A stretch of 64,000 nucleotides of DNA. It comes from an uncultured Flavobacterium sp. (GTDB lineage: Bacteria > Bacteroidota > Bacteroidia > Flavobacteriales > Flavobacteriaceae). Shown here piece after piece: positions 1-10,104 of the stretch (position 1 is its first letter; each line of letters opens with the position of its first letter). The stretch covers positions 167 through 64,166 of the forward strand of contig CANRKI010000001.1 in the NCBI GenBank assembly GCA_947631175.1. The letters run 5' to 3'. A program made the translations under genes and the position numbers. The notes below the pieces were generated by a model. The model did no database searches. It was not told the DNA's origin and saw only the letters and a list, made by a program, of their open reading frames with translations.

Positions 1-536
1 CGTTAATCCCGAAATATTTAATTGGTTTTGCAACTCGACAATCGGTTATTTTGGAGTTTGCGCCAACGTTTGTGTCGATAATTATGGCTGGTAAAGTTGG
101 ATCGTACATTACATCGAGTATTGGTACCATGCGTGTTACCGAGCAAATTGATGCTTTAGAAGTTATGGGAATTAACTCGTTAAACTATTTAGTTTTTCCT
201 AAAATTGTAGCGTTACTTTTATATCCTTTTATTATTGGGTTGGGTATGTTTTTAGGAATTTTAGGAGGTTGGATTGCTGGAGTTTATGGTGGTTTTGTAT
301 CACCAGCCGAATATATACAAGGGATTCAGGGCGATTTTATTCCGTTTCACGTAGTTTATGCTTTTATTAAAACGGTAGTTTTTGGTATGTTACTGGCTAC
401 AATTCCGTCGTATCATGGTTATTTTATGAAAGGTGGTGCTTTAGAAGTTGGTAAAGCATCGACAACTTCGTTTGTTTGGACATCGGTTGCCATTATTGTG
501 GTGAACTATATATTAACGCAATTATTATTAAGTTAG
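1..536 (+). CDS. mlaE: MlaE-family ABC transporter permease (5' truncated by window edge)
   Basis: Frame is open from base 3 (LIPKYLIGFATRQSVILEFAP...). Motifs GSYITSSIGTMRVTEQIDALEVMG and GGALEVGKASTTSFV are typical of MlaE. Lies next to an ABC ATPase. Confidence 0.88.
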   Translation, partial: LIPKYLIGFATRQSVILEFAPTFVSIIMAGKVGSYITSSIGTMRVTEQIDALEVMGINSLNYLVFPKIVALLLYPFIIGLGMFLGILGGWIAGVYGGFVSPAEYIQGIQGDFIPFHVVYAFIKTVVFGMLLATIPSYHGYFMKGGALEVGKASTTSFVWTSVAIIVVNYILTQLLLS

Positions 537-538
537 TT

Positions 539-1315
539 ATGATTGAAGTAAAAGATTTAGTAAAATCCTTTGGATCGCAAACGGTTTTAAAAGGAATTAC
601 AACCAAATTTGAAACAGGAAAAACCAACTTAATTATTGGTCAGTCTGGATCTGGTAAAACGGTTTTATTGAAAAGTTTATTAGGAATTCATCAACCAGAC
701 TCGGGAACAATTTCGTACGACGGTCGTATTTATCAGCAATTAAACAAAGATGAGAAAACGGATTTACGTACCGAGATTGGTATGGTTTTTCAGGGTTCTG
801 CCCTTTTCGACTCGATGACAGTTGAGGAAAATATTGGTTTCCCTTTAAAAATGTTCACAAACAAATCGGCTCGCGAAATTAAAGAACGTGTGGATTTTGT
901 AATTGATCGTGTAAAATTGGTTAATGCGCATAAAAAATTACCATCAGAAATATCTGGTGGGATGCAAAAACGTGTAGCTATTGCTCGCGCTATTGTAAAC
1001 AATCCGAAGTATTTGTTTTGTGATGAGCCAAACTCTGGTTTGGATCCAAAAACATCGGTTGTTATTGATAATTTGATTAAAGAGATTACTGAGGAATACC
1101 AAATTACAACGGTAATTAATACACACGATATGAACTCGGTTATGGAAATTGGTGAGAATATTGTGTTTTTGAAAGAAGGTGTTTTGGCTTGGCAAGGTGA
1201 TAAAACGCAAATTTTTAGTACCGATAATGAGGCAGTAACTGATTTTGTTTATTCGTCAGAATTATTTAAAAAGGTTCGTATTGCACAGCTTAACAATGCT
1301 AAAAATGGTTTATAA
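539..1315 (+). CDS. mlaF: MlaF-like ABC transporter ATP-binding protein
   Basis: ATG at 539 (MIEVKDL), 2 nt after the mlaE stop. Walker A GQSGSGKT, signature ISGGMQKR, Walker B LFCDEP. Confidence 0.85.
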   Translation: MIEVKDLVKSFGSQTVLKGITTKFETGKTNLIIGQSGSGKTVLLKSLLGIHQPDSGTISYDGRIYQQLNKDEKTDLRTEIGMVFQGSALFDSMTVEENIGFPLKMFTNKSAREIKERVDFVIDRVKLVNAHKKLPSEISGGMQKRVAIARAIVNNPKYLFCDEPNSGLDPKTSVVIDNLIKEITEEYQITTVINTHDMNSVMEIGENIVFLKEGVLAWQGDKTQIFSTDNEAVTDFVYSSELFKKVRIAQLNNAKNGL

Positions 1316-1320
1316 ATAAC

Positions 1321-1352
1321 AAAATCCCGAAAGTTAACTTTCGGGATTTTTT
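1321..1352. terminator. Bidirectional intrinsic terminator
   Basis: AAAATCCCGAAAGTT/AACTTTCGGGATTTT inverted repeat with A/T runs, between convergent mlaF and the kinase gene. Confidence 0.85.
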
Positions 1353-3186
1353 AATAGTAATATGTTAAAGTAAAAACGGTTCCTTTTTTGGGTTTGTTTA
1401 TTTTAAAACTGTAAGTTGCTTGTAATTGCTGTGCTCTAGAATCAATGTTTTTAAGTCCTAATCCATTTTTATGATTTTGGCCGTCAAAACCGATTCCGTT
1501 ATCAATCATAATAAATTGCAGGTGTTTTTCGTGAATAAACAGTTTCAGGGTCACTTCGGTTGCTTGTGCATGCTTGTATATGTTTTGCAATAATTCTTGC
1601 TCTATACGTATTAAATGTAATTTGATATGACTATCAAACTGTATGTGATTTGGATTTGATACGATAAAATTGACCTTAAATTTAATTTTCCAACTGGTAA
1701 GAATGTCTGATACAATATCTTCTAAAGTTCGTTCATCAACCATTGGAGGAAGCAAATTGTGAGATAACCTTCGGGAATCATCAATTGCGATTTGCAAAAG
1801 TTCATCAATTTCTTTAGGGTCGTGTTTTAAAACTGATTTTAAACGAATTACAGTAAGTTTATTAATAATATTGTCGTGTAAATCTCCGGCAATACGTTGC
1901 CTTTCGGTTTCTTGCGCATTAATATCTATAAATTTTACATTTTTAATATTTTTTAAATAGATATATCCAAATATTAACAAAATTACAAACAACAAGATCA
2001 CAACTGCAATAATTACATATTGGGTTATTTTAGCTTGTTTATTTGCTTGATCGATTTTAACTTGATATTTATTGGATTGTAATTTCCAGTTAATTCGTTT
2101 TAAAGCCTCGTCACCGTCAGTTTTTTCAATTATTCTAGCTAATTCAACTAATCTTCTTCTTAATCGGAGTTCTTCGTCTTTTAAGTTTTCACCTTCTATT
2201 AACTGTAATTTTAGTTCGGTTAATTCATACTCAAAACTATTGTAATAACTTTTTGTAGTAGCAATTTTTTCAGCTTCGGCTAAGGCAATTTTAGCTTGTT
2301 CTTTATTATTATTTAATAATTGAACTTTAGCTAATAAATTATACGCATACATTGCATTTTGTTCATCTTTGTATTGCAACGAATATTCAATGTCTTTTTG
2401 AATCAGTTCGGTAGCCTTGTCGTAATTTTTTTTATAGATTTCGACCTCAGCTATACTTCCCAAAACTTTTGCATACCGAATGCTATCCTGAGCTTGTATG
2501 GCACTTTTTAATGTTTCATTAAAATAATATGAAGCTTGACCTATTTTCTTTTCTTTAAAATAGATCATACCTAATGCGTTTAGTATGGCTGCCTTTTCCT
2601 TATTGTCATTTTGAGCAAGATTGAGAGCTAAATTTAAATAGTTGATAGATTCTTGTCTTTCGTCTAAAGTTTGAAAAATCCAACCTGCTAATTTGTACAT
2701 TTTACAAGGTTGAATCAATTTAGCAGCGTCTTTTTTTTTCACCATATTCATCATATCTAATAAATATGGGATCAAACGTTCTATGTCTCTGTAAAAATAA
2801 AGATATTCTACATAATTGGTATATGTCCAAACTTCAAAAGCCTCATCCTTATGATTTTTAGACAACTCAATAGCTTTATTAAAATGATAATTACTTTTTG
2901 AATTTAGGTTGTCTAAATTGTTTGAAAACTCTTTAGCAATTAAATTATGATATAAGATATTGTATGTAATGTCTTGGGAAAGAAATAAAAAGTTAAGTTC
3001 TTTTTTAGCCTGAAGGGTATCTCCTCCAAAAGATTTAAAATTTTTCACAAAATCCTTTATGCTTTCTTTGTCATTAGATTTTAGCTTATATACATCTTTT
3101 GCATGCATTCGTGTAGGGAAACATACAAAGAAAAAAAAACAAAATAAATAGCAAAGTTTAAGGCTTCTCATATTTAAATATAACAC
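1351..3186 (-). CDS. TPR-containing membrane sensor histidine kinase (HisKA_3/HATPase type)
   Basis: N-terminal hydrophobic segment, TPR-like helices (AAILNALGMIYF, YAKVLGSIAEV), one TM helix, H-box ERQRIAGDLHD, N-box ELLQNIYKHA, G-boxes DNGIGFD and GLGLKNI. Start uncertain (3186 or 3171). Confidence 0.85.
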   Translation of the reverse strand: MLYLNMRSLKLCYLFCFFFFVCFPTRMHAKDVYKLKSNDKESIKDFVKNFKSFGGDTLQAKKELNFLFLSQDITYNILYHNLIAKEFSNNLDNLNSKSNYHFNKAIELSKNHKDEAFEVWTYTNYVEYLYFYRDIERLIPYLLDMMNMVKKKDAAKLIQPCKMYKLAGWIFQTLDERQESINYLNLALNLAQNDNKEKAAILNALGMIYFKEKKIGQASYYFNETLKSAIQAQDSIRYAKVLGSIAEVEIYKKNYDKATELIQKDIEYSLQYKDEQNAMYAYNLLAKVQLLNNNKEQAKIALAEAEKIATTKSYYNSFEYELTELKLQLIEGENLKDEELRLRRRLVELARIIEKTDGDEALKRINWKLQSNKYQVKIDQANKQAKITQYVIIAVVILLFVILLIFGYIYLKNIKNVKFIDINAQETERQRIAGDLHDNIINKLTVIRLKSVLKHDPKEIDELLQIAIDDSRRLSHNLLPPMVDERTLEDIVSDILTSWKIKFKVNFIVSNPNHIQFDSHIKLHLIRIEQELLQNIYKHAQATEVTLKLFIHEKHLQFIMIDNGIGFDGQNHKNGLGLKNIDSRAQQLQATYSFKINKPKKGTVFTLTYYY

Positions 3187-3340
3187 CTAGATTTATGGGC
3201 ATTATTATACTGTAAAATTAAAAAAATTAAATTGTAGTACATTTTATTATTGTCTTATTTTATATAAAAAACCAAAATTTAAACAAATAACATTAAATTT
3301 ATTTAAAAAAAAGAAAATTTAAGTTATAATGTTAAACAAA

Positions 3341-3372
3341 AAAAGCAATTTCTAAAACTAGAAATTGCTTTT
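3341..3372 (-). terminator. Intrinsic terminator after manC
   Basis: AAAAGCAATTTCTA-aaac-TAGAAATTGCTTTT, 14-bp stem immediately after the stop at 3375. Confidence 0.85.
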
Positions 3373-3374
3373 AA

Positions 3375-4439
3375 CTATTTACGTGCGTTTATTTTCGTTA
3401 CAATCTGTTTGATATCTTGTTCCTTCTTTTTAGGATAAATTAAAAGAACGTCATCTTTATCAACAATGATATAATCGTCTAAACCGTCTATCACCACTTT
3501 TTTACCAGGGTTTGAACGGATAATATTATTGGATCCGTTTTCGATAAATAAGTCCGCATTTACAACAGCGTTATAATTATTGTCCTTTGGAAGTTTATCG
3601 TAAAGTGATCCCCAAGTTCCTAAATCATTCCAGTCAAAAGTTGCGGGTAATACAAAAACATTGTCTGCATTTTCCATCACTGCGTAATCGATAGAAATGT
3701 TTTGGGCTTTGATATAATTTTCTTCTATAAAACCTACTTCGTTTGGTGTGTTATAGGCATCAAATCCGCTTAAAAATAAATTATACATTTCTGGTTGGAA
3801 TTCTTTAAAAGCGGCTTCAATAGCTTTTACACTCCATATAAAAATTCCGGCATTCCATAAAAAGTTACGACTATTGATAAAATCTTTTGCTGTAGCATAG
3901 TCGGGTTTTTCACGAAACTGTTTTACCTTTTTAATTGGTCGAGTATCTAATTTATCAAATTCGATATATCCATAACCTGTGTTCGGAAATGTTGGAATGA
4001 TACCTAATGTCATTAACGATTGACTGATTTCACAATACTCGAAAGCATGACGTAAATTTTCGATAAATTGCACCTCATCTTCAATCCAGTGGTCTGATGG
4101 TGCTACAACCATAGATGCGTTAGGATTGAGTTTTTTAATTTTAAGTGTTGCATATAAAATACAAGGAGCTGTATTTCGCATGGCAGGTTCTAAAACCAAT
4201 TGCTCTTCACTCACTTGCGGAAGTTGTTGCAAAACTAAATCCTTGTAACAAGTGTTGGTTAAAATTAAAATGTTTTCTTTAGGAACAAGCTGAGAAAGTC
4301 GCCCAAAAGTTTTTTGAATCAAAGTTTCTCCTGTTCCTAACATATCGTGAAATTGTTTAGGAAATTCGGATGTACTAACAGGCCAAAAACGAGATCCTAC
4401 ACCTCCGGCCATTAAAACAGCGTATAAATTTTTATTCAT
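3375..4439 (-). CDS. manC: Mannose-1-phosphate guanylyltransferase
   Basis: MAGGVGSRFWP, PKQF, RNTAP, GYGYI, WNAGIF, SIDYAVME and WNDLGTW motifs. Confidence 0.92.
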   Translation of the reverse strand: MNKNLYAVLMAGGVGSRFWPVSTSEFPKQFHDMLGTGETLIQKTFGRLSQLVPKENILILTNTCYKDLVLQQLPQVSEEQLVLEPAMRNTAPCILYATLKIKKLNPNASMVVAPSDHWIEDEVQFIENLRHAFEYCEISQSLMTLGIIPTFPNTGYGYIEFDKLDTRPIKKVKQFREKPDYATAKDFINSRNFLWNAGIFIWSVKAIEAAFKEFQPEMYNLFLSGFDAYNTPNEVGFIEENYIKAQNISIDYAVMENADNVFVLPATFDWNDLGTWGSLYDKLPKDNNYNAVVNADLFIENGSNNIIRSNPGKKVVIDGLDDYIIVDKDDVLLIYPKKKEQDIKQIVTKINARK

Positions 4440-4480
4440 GTAGTAAAAATACTAATAATCTATAATATATCGTATTAAGT

Positions 4481-5080
4481 TTAACTTTCAATTAAATCCA
4501 CTTCGGCATTGGGATTAAACAAAAAAATGCGTCCGGTACTAACTTCAATACATTCGTATCGCTTGGTACGCAGAGCTAATTTTTTAAATATACGGCCGTT
4601 ATGTATTTTGAAAGTGCTCCCGTACGGAATTTCAAATATAAAATTTTTATCCGAAGGTGGGTCAAATTGTTTAAAAGCTAAAGCTAAAGTTGCATCGGTA
4701 TCACTACTTGCGCTTGGATTTTTAAAATGTCGCGCCAATAGTGGCAACAGCTGATTTGGAAAAATTTCGGGACGTAAAAAAGGAAGCATCAACTTTTGAA
4801 AAGTATCCTTCCACTCTACTCCATGAGGTTTTATGCGATACCCGTATTTTTTGTAAGCTACTAAATGAGCAATTTCGTGAATTAACGTCATTAAAAAACT
4901 ATACTTATTTAATGAAGCGTTAACGGTAATGGTGTGTGATCCATCGGGGTTTGCTCTATAATCGCCATGACGAGTTGCCCTTTCTGCCACAATTTTTAAA
5001 TGAACATGATTCATTTTAATTAAAGACACAATGGGTGTTAATGCATTATCTGGGATATATTTTAGTAGAACGTCTTCCAA
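4481..5080 (-). CDS. SprT-like zinc metalloprotease domain protein
   Basis: TLIHEIAHL (HExxH) followed by PHGVEWK. Confidence 0.85.
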   Translation of the reverse strand: MEDVLLKYIPDNALTPIVSLIKMNHVHLKIVAERATRHGDYRANPDGSHTITVNASLNKYSFLMTLIHEIAHLVAYKKYGYRIKPHGVEWKDTFQKLMLPFLRPEIFPNQLLPLLARHFKNPSASSDTDATLALAFKQFDPPSDKNFIFEIPYGSTFKIHNGRIFKKLALRTKRYECIEVSTGRIFLFNPNAEVDLIES

Positions 5081-5082
5081 AA

Positions 5083-5763
5083 TTAAGGTGTAGTTGATGA
5101 AACTTGTAAAACTTTACCGTTAAAGTATTTGTTTCCGTTTTGTGTAAAATCGGCAATATAATTAGCCATTCCTTCTGGAGAAATTGGTGCGATATAGCCC
5201 GGGAAAGCTTCGTTTAACATTTCTGTTTGTACAGCGCCTAAAGCTAAAACGTTAAATGCAATTTGTTGTTCTTTGTATTCTTCGGCTAATAATTCAGAAA
5301 GTGTAATTACCGCACCTTTAGATGAGCTGTAAGCTGCTAATCCAGGAAATTTCATACTTCCTTGAATTCCTCCCATACTACTAACCGTTACTACGTGACT
5401 ACCTTTCACTAAAAATGGCACACAGGTCTTAATTAAAGCTGCAACACCAAAAACATTTACTTTGTAAACGTATTCAAACTCTGCCGATGTGATCTCAGCA
5501 AATAGTTTATTTACAATTGCTCCCGCATTGTTAATAATATAATGTACTTGGTTTTCAAATTTGTTTTGAATAAAATTCGAAACTTTAGTCAATTCTGTAT
5601 CTAAAGATAAATCAACACTAAGTTGTGTGATATTACTATAAGAAGCTAATTCATTATTTTGCTTACGAGAAATGGCTAAAACATTACAATTTTGTTTAGC
5701 AAAAAGTATACAAAGTTCTTTACCAATACCTCTACTTGTACCAGTAATAATAATATTTTTCAT
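5083..5763 (-). CDS. Short-chain dehydrogenase/reductase
   Basis: TGTSRGIG, NNAG and YSSSK (YxxxK) motifs. Confidence 0.9.
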   Translation of the reverse strand: MKNIIITGTSRGIGKELCILFAKQNCNVLAISRKQNNELASYSNITQLSVDLSLDTELTKVSNFIQNKFENQVHYIINNAGAIVNKLFAEITSAEFEYVYKVNVFGVAALIKTCVPFLVKGSHVVTVSSMGGIQGSMKFPGLAAYSSSKGAVITLSELLAEEYKEQQIAFNVLALGAVQTEMLNEAFPGYIAPISPEGMANYIADFTQNGNKYFNGKVLQVSSTTP

Positions 5764-6713
5764 TAGTTTAATTTAATTTCTTTTGTTTCGCTATTTAACA
5801 TGGCATCGATAGCAGGCGTAATATCGTTCACAATTTTTGTCATGAAAGTTGTGTCCATTTTTTCGAACTCATCTTTTGGATGGTGATAAAATTTATAATT
5901 TTCAAAGTCGAAACTTGAGATCGAATGTGCTGGAAAATTATATTTTAAGAAAAACGGAAAGTTATCTGATGCCATAAATAAACGATACTGTGTTTCCATT
6001 GGCAAATATCCAACAAAATTTTGATTTGTGTAAGCGTTAATTTTTTCGGCCATATTAGATCGTTTATAACCTGTTAAATAAGTTTTAAAATCTTTATTCA
6101 TAGGTACACCTAACATTTCAAAATTTAGCATGGCATAAAAATTAGGATTGTTTTTTTCCATTTTATCAGCCAAATGATAAGCTCCAAGTAAGCCCTTTTC
6201 TTCTGCCGAGAAAAATACAATTAACGCACTACGCTTGTTATTTTTTTTATGTGCAATATATTTAGCTACTTCACTTAAAATAGTAGTTCCTGCTGCGTTA
6301 TCATTTGCTCCATTAGCAATATCATCACCGTCAACTGCATTTTTAACACGACCAATATGATCATAATGCGCTCCAAAAATTACAATTTCATTTTTTAAAA
6401 CCGGATCGTTTCCTTCTATAAAACCAACAACATTATACGCGATTCCGTCTTTAAAAGTGGTTAACGTATCTTTATAAGAAGAAAAATAAGGTTTAATATT
6501 ACTCTCCTTTAAAACACCTTCTAAGTAATTTGCCGCCATTTCAATTCCTTTAGAACCCGAATCACGCCCTTCTAATTCATCCGAAGTTAAATATTTTAAA
6601 GTGTGTGTTAACTCCGCTTGATTTGCTTGATAAGGAATATCTAATTCTATCATTGCTTTAGGCGCATTACAAGCCAAAAATGCAAATGGTATAACCAAAA
6701 GTAATTTTTTCAT
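5763..6713 (-). CDS. M28-family metallopeptidase, lipoprotein
   Basis: Lipobox FLAC, GAHYDHIG, GANDNAAG, AEEKGL, SDNFPF and YHHPKD. Confidence 0.88.
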   Translation of the reverse strand: MKKLLLVIPFAFLACNAPKAMIELDIPYQANQAELTHTLKYLTSDELEGRDSGSKGIEMAANYLEGVLKESNIKPYFSSYKDTLTTFKDGIAYNVVGFIEGNDPVLKNEIVIFGAHYDHIGRVKNAVDGDDIANGANDNAAGTTILSEVAKYIAHKKNNKRSALIVFFSAEEKGLLGAYHLADKMEKNNPNFYAMLNFEMLGVPMNKDFKTYLTGYKRSNMAEKINAYTNQNFVGYLPMETQYRLFMASDNFPFFLKYNFPAHSISSFDFENYKFYHHPKDEFEKMDTTFMTKIVNDITPAIDAMLNSETKEIKLN

Positions 6714-6746
6714 TGTTTTTTATTTAAAAGATTGTTTTAAAAATAC

Positions 6747-6779
6747 AAAAATCCCACAGTTTTTACACTATGGGATTTT
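6747..6779 (-). terminator. Intrinsic terminator after pdhC
   Basis: AAAATCCCACAGT...ACTATGGGATTTT stem with a flanking A-run. Confidence 0.7.
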
Positions 6780-6799
6780 AAAATATTGAAATTTAGAAA

Positions 6800-8434
6800 T
6801 TATGCCAACATTGTAACTGGATTTTCTAAATATGTTTTTAAAGTCTGTAAAAATTCTGCTCCAGTAGCTCCATCAACCGTACGGTGATCACAAGCTAAAG
6901 TAACTGTCATAGTATTACCAACAACAATTTGAGAATTTTTAACCACTGGTTTCTCAACAATTGCACCCACAGATAAAATTGCAGAGTTTGGTTGGTTAAT
7001 GATTGAAGTAAATTCAGTAATACCATACATTCCTAAATTAGAAATGGTAAAAGTAGATCCTTCCATTTCGGCAGGAGCTAATTTTTTATTACGTGCTTTA
7101 CCTGCTAAATCCTTAACGTTTGCTCCAATTTGAGATAAACTCATTTGGTCTGTAAAGTTTAAAACCGGAACCACTAAACCATCTTCAACCGCAACTGCAA
7201 CACCAATATTTACATGGTGGTTGATTATAGTTGCTGCCTCTGTCCATTGCGAGTTAACTTTAGGGTGTTTTTTAAGTGCCATAGCACAAGCTTTAATCAC
7301 CATATCGTTAAACGAAACTTTAGTTTCTGGAATAGCATTGATTAGCTTACGAGATTCAATCGCACCGTCCATATCTACCTCGATAGTTAAATAGTAATGT
7401 GGCGCTGTAAATTTAGATTCAGCTAAACGTTTTGCAATTGTTTTACGCATTGATGAGTTTTTAACCTCCTCAACAAACTTCTCTCCAGCAGGAACAAAAG
7501 GTTTTACCGTTGTTTCTGGTACAGCTTGTGTAGGTGCTGCTTGAACAGCTGTTACCGCAGTTTGAGCTGTAGCCTTAAAGTTTTCAACATCTGCTTTTAC
7601 AATACGTCCGTTTTCACCAGAACCTTTTACTGTGCGTAAATCTACTCCTTTGTCTTCAGCAATTTTTTTAGCTAATGGAGAAGCAAAAATACGTCCTGTG
7701 TTTACTACCTCAGCACTAGAAGTAGCTTGTGGAGCAGCTTTAGGAGCCTCTGTAATGGGTGCAGATGAACTAGTTTCTTGTTTTGCAGCTGGTGCTGGTG
7801 CTCCATTTACAAAAGCAGAAACATCTGTTCCTTCTGGTCCAAGAATGGCTAAAACAGCATCTACAGATGCAGTTTGTCCTTCTTGAACACCAATATATAA
7901 TAAAGTTCCCGCTTCAAAAGCTTCGAACTCCATAGTTGCTTTATCAGTTTCAATTTCGGCTAAAATATCTCCTTCTGTAACTTTATCACCTAATTGTTTT
8001 AACCAAGTTGCTACAGTTCCTTCTGTCATAGTATCAGACAAACGAGGCATTGTAATAATTTTTACATCGGCAGGAACTTGCGCTGCTGCAGGAGCTACTT
8101 CCGTTTTTGTTTCAGTAGTAGTTGCTGCTGCTTGTGGTGCAGCTTCTGCTACTTTTTGTGTATTTCCGCCAGAAATTAAAGCAGAAATATCTTCGTTTGG
8201 TTCACCAATAATAGCGATAATGCTATCAACAGATGCACTAACACCTTCTTCTAAACCAATATATAATAATGTTCCAGCATTGAACGATTCAAACTCCATT
8301 GTAGCTTTATCCGTTTCAATCTCTGCTAAAATATCACCTTCTTTAATTGTGTCGCCTACCTTTTTTAACCAAGCAGCTACAACTCCTTCCGTCATTGTAT
8401 CGCTTAAACGAGGCATTGTAATTACGTGTGCCAT
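6800..8434 (-). CDS. pdhC: Pyruvate dehydrogenase E2, dihydrolipoamide acetyltransferase (two lipoyl domains)
   Basis: Two EIETDKATMEF lipoyl motifs, the E3-binding motif ASPLAKKIA and catalytic DHRTVDG. Confidence 0.95.
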   Translation of the reverse strand: MAHVITMPRLSDTMTEGVVAAWLKKVGDTIKEGDILAEIETDKATMEFESFNAGTLLYIGLEEGVSASVDSIIAIIGEPNEDISALISGGNTQKVAEAAPQAAATTTETKTEVAPAAAQVPADVKIITMPRLSDTMTEGTVATWLKQLGDKVTEGDILAEIETDKATMEFEAFEAGTLLYIGVQEGQTASVDAVLAILGPEGTDVSAFVNGAPAPAAKQETSSSAPITEAPKAAPQATSSAEVVNTGRIFASPLAKKIAEDKGVDLRTVKGSGENGRIVKADVENFKATAQTAVTAVQAAPTQAVPETTVKPFVPAGEKFVEEVKNSSMRKTIAKRLAESKFTAPHYYLTIEVDMDGAIESRKLINAIPETKVSFNDMVIKACAMALKKHPKVNSQWTEAATIINHHVNIGVAVAVEDGLVVPVLNFTDQMSLSQIGANVKDLAGKARNKKLAPAEMEGSTFTISNLGMYGITEFTSIINQPNSAILSVGAIVEKPVVKNSQIVVGNTMTVTLACDHRTVDGATGAEFLQTLKTYLENPVTMLA

Positions 8435-8436
8435 GC

Positions 8437-9435
8437 TTATAATTTATGAGGGATGAATGGATAATTTTCTTGAGCGTAAACTACATCGTACATAACAGAT
8501 AAATCTGGATATGGAGATTCTTCGGCGAATTTTTCACATTCTTCTACCAAATCTTTCACGCGTTTATCCATCATTTCAATTTCTTGTTCAGTTGCCCAGT
8601 TATTTTCTTTAATTACATCTAAAACTTGAGTAATTGGGTCAATTTTTTTGTACTCTTCAACTTCTTCTTTAGTTCTATAATGTTGCGCATCCGACATAGA
8701 GTGACCTCTATAACGATACGTTTTCATTTCTAAAAAAGTTGGACCTTCGCCACGGCGAGCACGTTCCATTGCTTCGTGCATTGCTTCAGCAACAGCAACA
8801 GGATTCATTGCATCAACTGGTCCACAAGGCATTTCGTATCCTAAACCTAGTTTCCAAATATCTGTGTGATTTGCAGTACGCTCAACTGAAGTTCCCATTG
8901 CGTATCCATTGTTTTCACAAATAAATACTACAGGTAACTTCCAAGTCATTGCCATATTGAAAGCTTCGTGTAATGAACCTTGACGAGCAGCGCCATCACC
9001 AAAATAAGTTAATGTTACGCCACCAGTCTCCAGATATTTATCAGCGAAAGCCATACCAGCACCTACTGGAATTTGAGCTCCTACAATACCATGTCCACCA
9101 AAAAAACCATGTTCTTTAGAGAAAATGTGCATCGAACCTCCTAAACCTTTAGATGTTCCTGTAGCTTTCCCTAAAAGTTCAGCCATCACTCTGCGAGGGT
9201 CAACTCCCATACCGATTGGTTGAACGTGATTACGATAAGCAGTAATCATTTTATCTTTAGACAAGTCCATAGCATGTAAAGCACCAGCTAAAACAGCTTC
9301 TTGTCCGTTATATAAGTGTAAAAAACCTCTAACTTTTTGTTGGATATACAAGGCAGCAAGTTTGTCCTCAAACTTTCTCCAAAACTGCATATCTTCATAC
9401 CATTTAAGGTAAACTTCTTTTGTAACTTCTTTCAT
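8437..9435 (-). CDS. pdhA: Pyruvate dehydrogenase E1 alpha subunit
   Basis: GFLHLYNGQEA, GGSMH, TPP motif GDGA...ENN and YRYRGHSMSD. Probable start is MKEVTKE at 9435. Confidence 0.95.
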   Translation of the reverse strand: MKEVTKEVYLKWYEDMQFWRKFEDKLAALYIQQKVRGFLHLYNGQEAVLAGALHAMDLSKDKMITAYRNHVQPIGMGVDPRRVMAELLGKATGTSKGLGGSMHIFSKEHGFFGGHGIVGAQIPVGAGMAFADKYLETGGVTLTYFGDGAARQGSLHEAFNMAMTWKLPVVFICENNGYAMGTSVERTANHTDIWKLGLGYEMPCGPVDAMNPVAVAEAMHEAMERARRGEGPTFLEMKTYRYRGHSMSDAQHYRTKEEVEEYKKIDPITQVLDVIKENNWATEQEIEMMDKRVKDLVEECEKFAEESPYPDLSVMYDVVYAQENYPFIPHKL

Positions 9436-9492
9436 ATTGCTTTGAATCTTTATGTCCACTTATAAAACTAAGTGCTATAATTTTGCTTTATA

Positions 9493-9500
9493 CAAAAATA
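9493..9500 (-). promoter_or_regulatory. Bacteroidota -7 promoter element (TATTTTTG) for pdhA-pdhC
   Basis: Exact TAnnTTTG match in the intergenic region upstream of pdhA. Confidence 0.6.
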
Positions 9501-9539
9501 GTGTTTCCTAATTAAGAATAAAATTAATTTTATACTGAT

Positions 9540-10022
9540 TTACAGGAAATTTTTATCAAATATTAAAGGGAGTAAACTTTTTAAGGAATCAGAATGAAAA
9601 ACTTCACCTTGTTCTCCCATAAAAAGGATTTCGATTGGCGATTCTTGTTTAATTTCGTATTCGGATATTGATTGACGACAACCACCACATGGCGGAATTG
9701 GTGAGGTTACTACTTTTTCGTCTGAGGTTGCTGAAATTGCAATTTTCAAAATTTTAACACCTGGATAAAGTGCTCCTGCTTGAAAAATAGCTACGCGTTC
9801 AGCACAAAGACCAGATGGATAGGCTGCATTTTCTTGATTATTTCCGTTTACAATTATTCCGTTTTCTAGTAATAATGCTGCACCTACTCTAAATTTTGAA
9901 TAAGGAGCATAGGCATTTTTTCTGTTCTCAACAGCTTTACTCATTAAATCTTGATCTGCTGGTTGCAACTCTTGCAAATTTTCATATGCTTTAAAAACTA
10001 AAGGAATATGTATCTCTCTCAT
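9540..10022 (-). CDS. cdd: Cytidine deaminase
   Basis: AYAPYSKFRVGAA, NQENAAY, CAERVA and PCGGCRQ zinc motifs. Confidence 0.93.
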   Translation of the reverse strand: MREIHIPLVFKAYENLQELQPADQDLMSKAVENRKNAYAPYSKFRVGAALLLENGIIVNGNNQENAAYPSGLCAERVAIFQAGALYPGVKILKIAISATSDEKVVTSPIPPCGGCRQSISEYEIKQESPIEILFMGEQGEVFHSDSLKSLLPLIFDKNFL

Positions 10023-10046
10023 TATATTGAAATTTCAATTTTAGAC

Positions 10047-10081
10047 AAAAAATCCAAACTCTTGGTGTTAGAGTTTGGATT
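10047..10081 (-). terminator. Intrinsic terminator after porV
   Basis: AATCCAAACTCT/AGAGTTTGGATT 12-bp stem with a U-tract on the minus strand. Confidence 0.8.
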
Positions 10082-10104
10082 GGAGTGTAATATTATGATT
10101 TTTT

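Noticed and set aside
3131-3139. T9 homopolymer in the 5' coding region of the sensor kinase (possible phase variation)
   Set aside because: Runs of 7-9 A/T are common throughout this AT-rich window, and the frame is intact.
7900-8430. Direct DNA repeat inside pdhC
   Set aside because: This is the ordinary duplication of the lipoyl domain.
6800-9435. pdhA and pdhC without pdhB or lpdA
   Set aside because: A split PDH gene arrangement is, to my knowledge, usual in Flavobacteriaceae.
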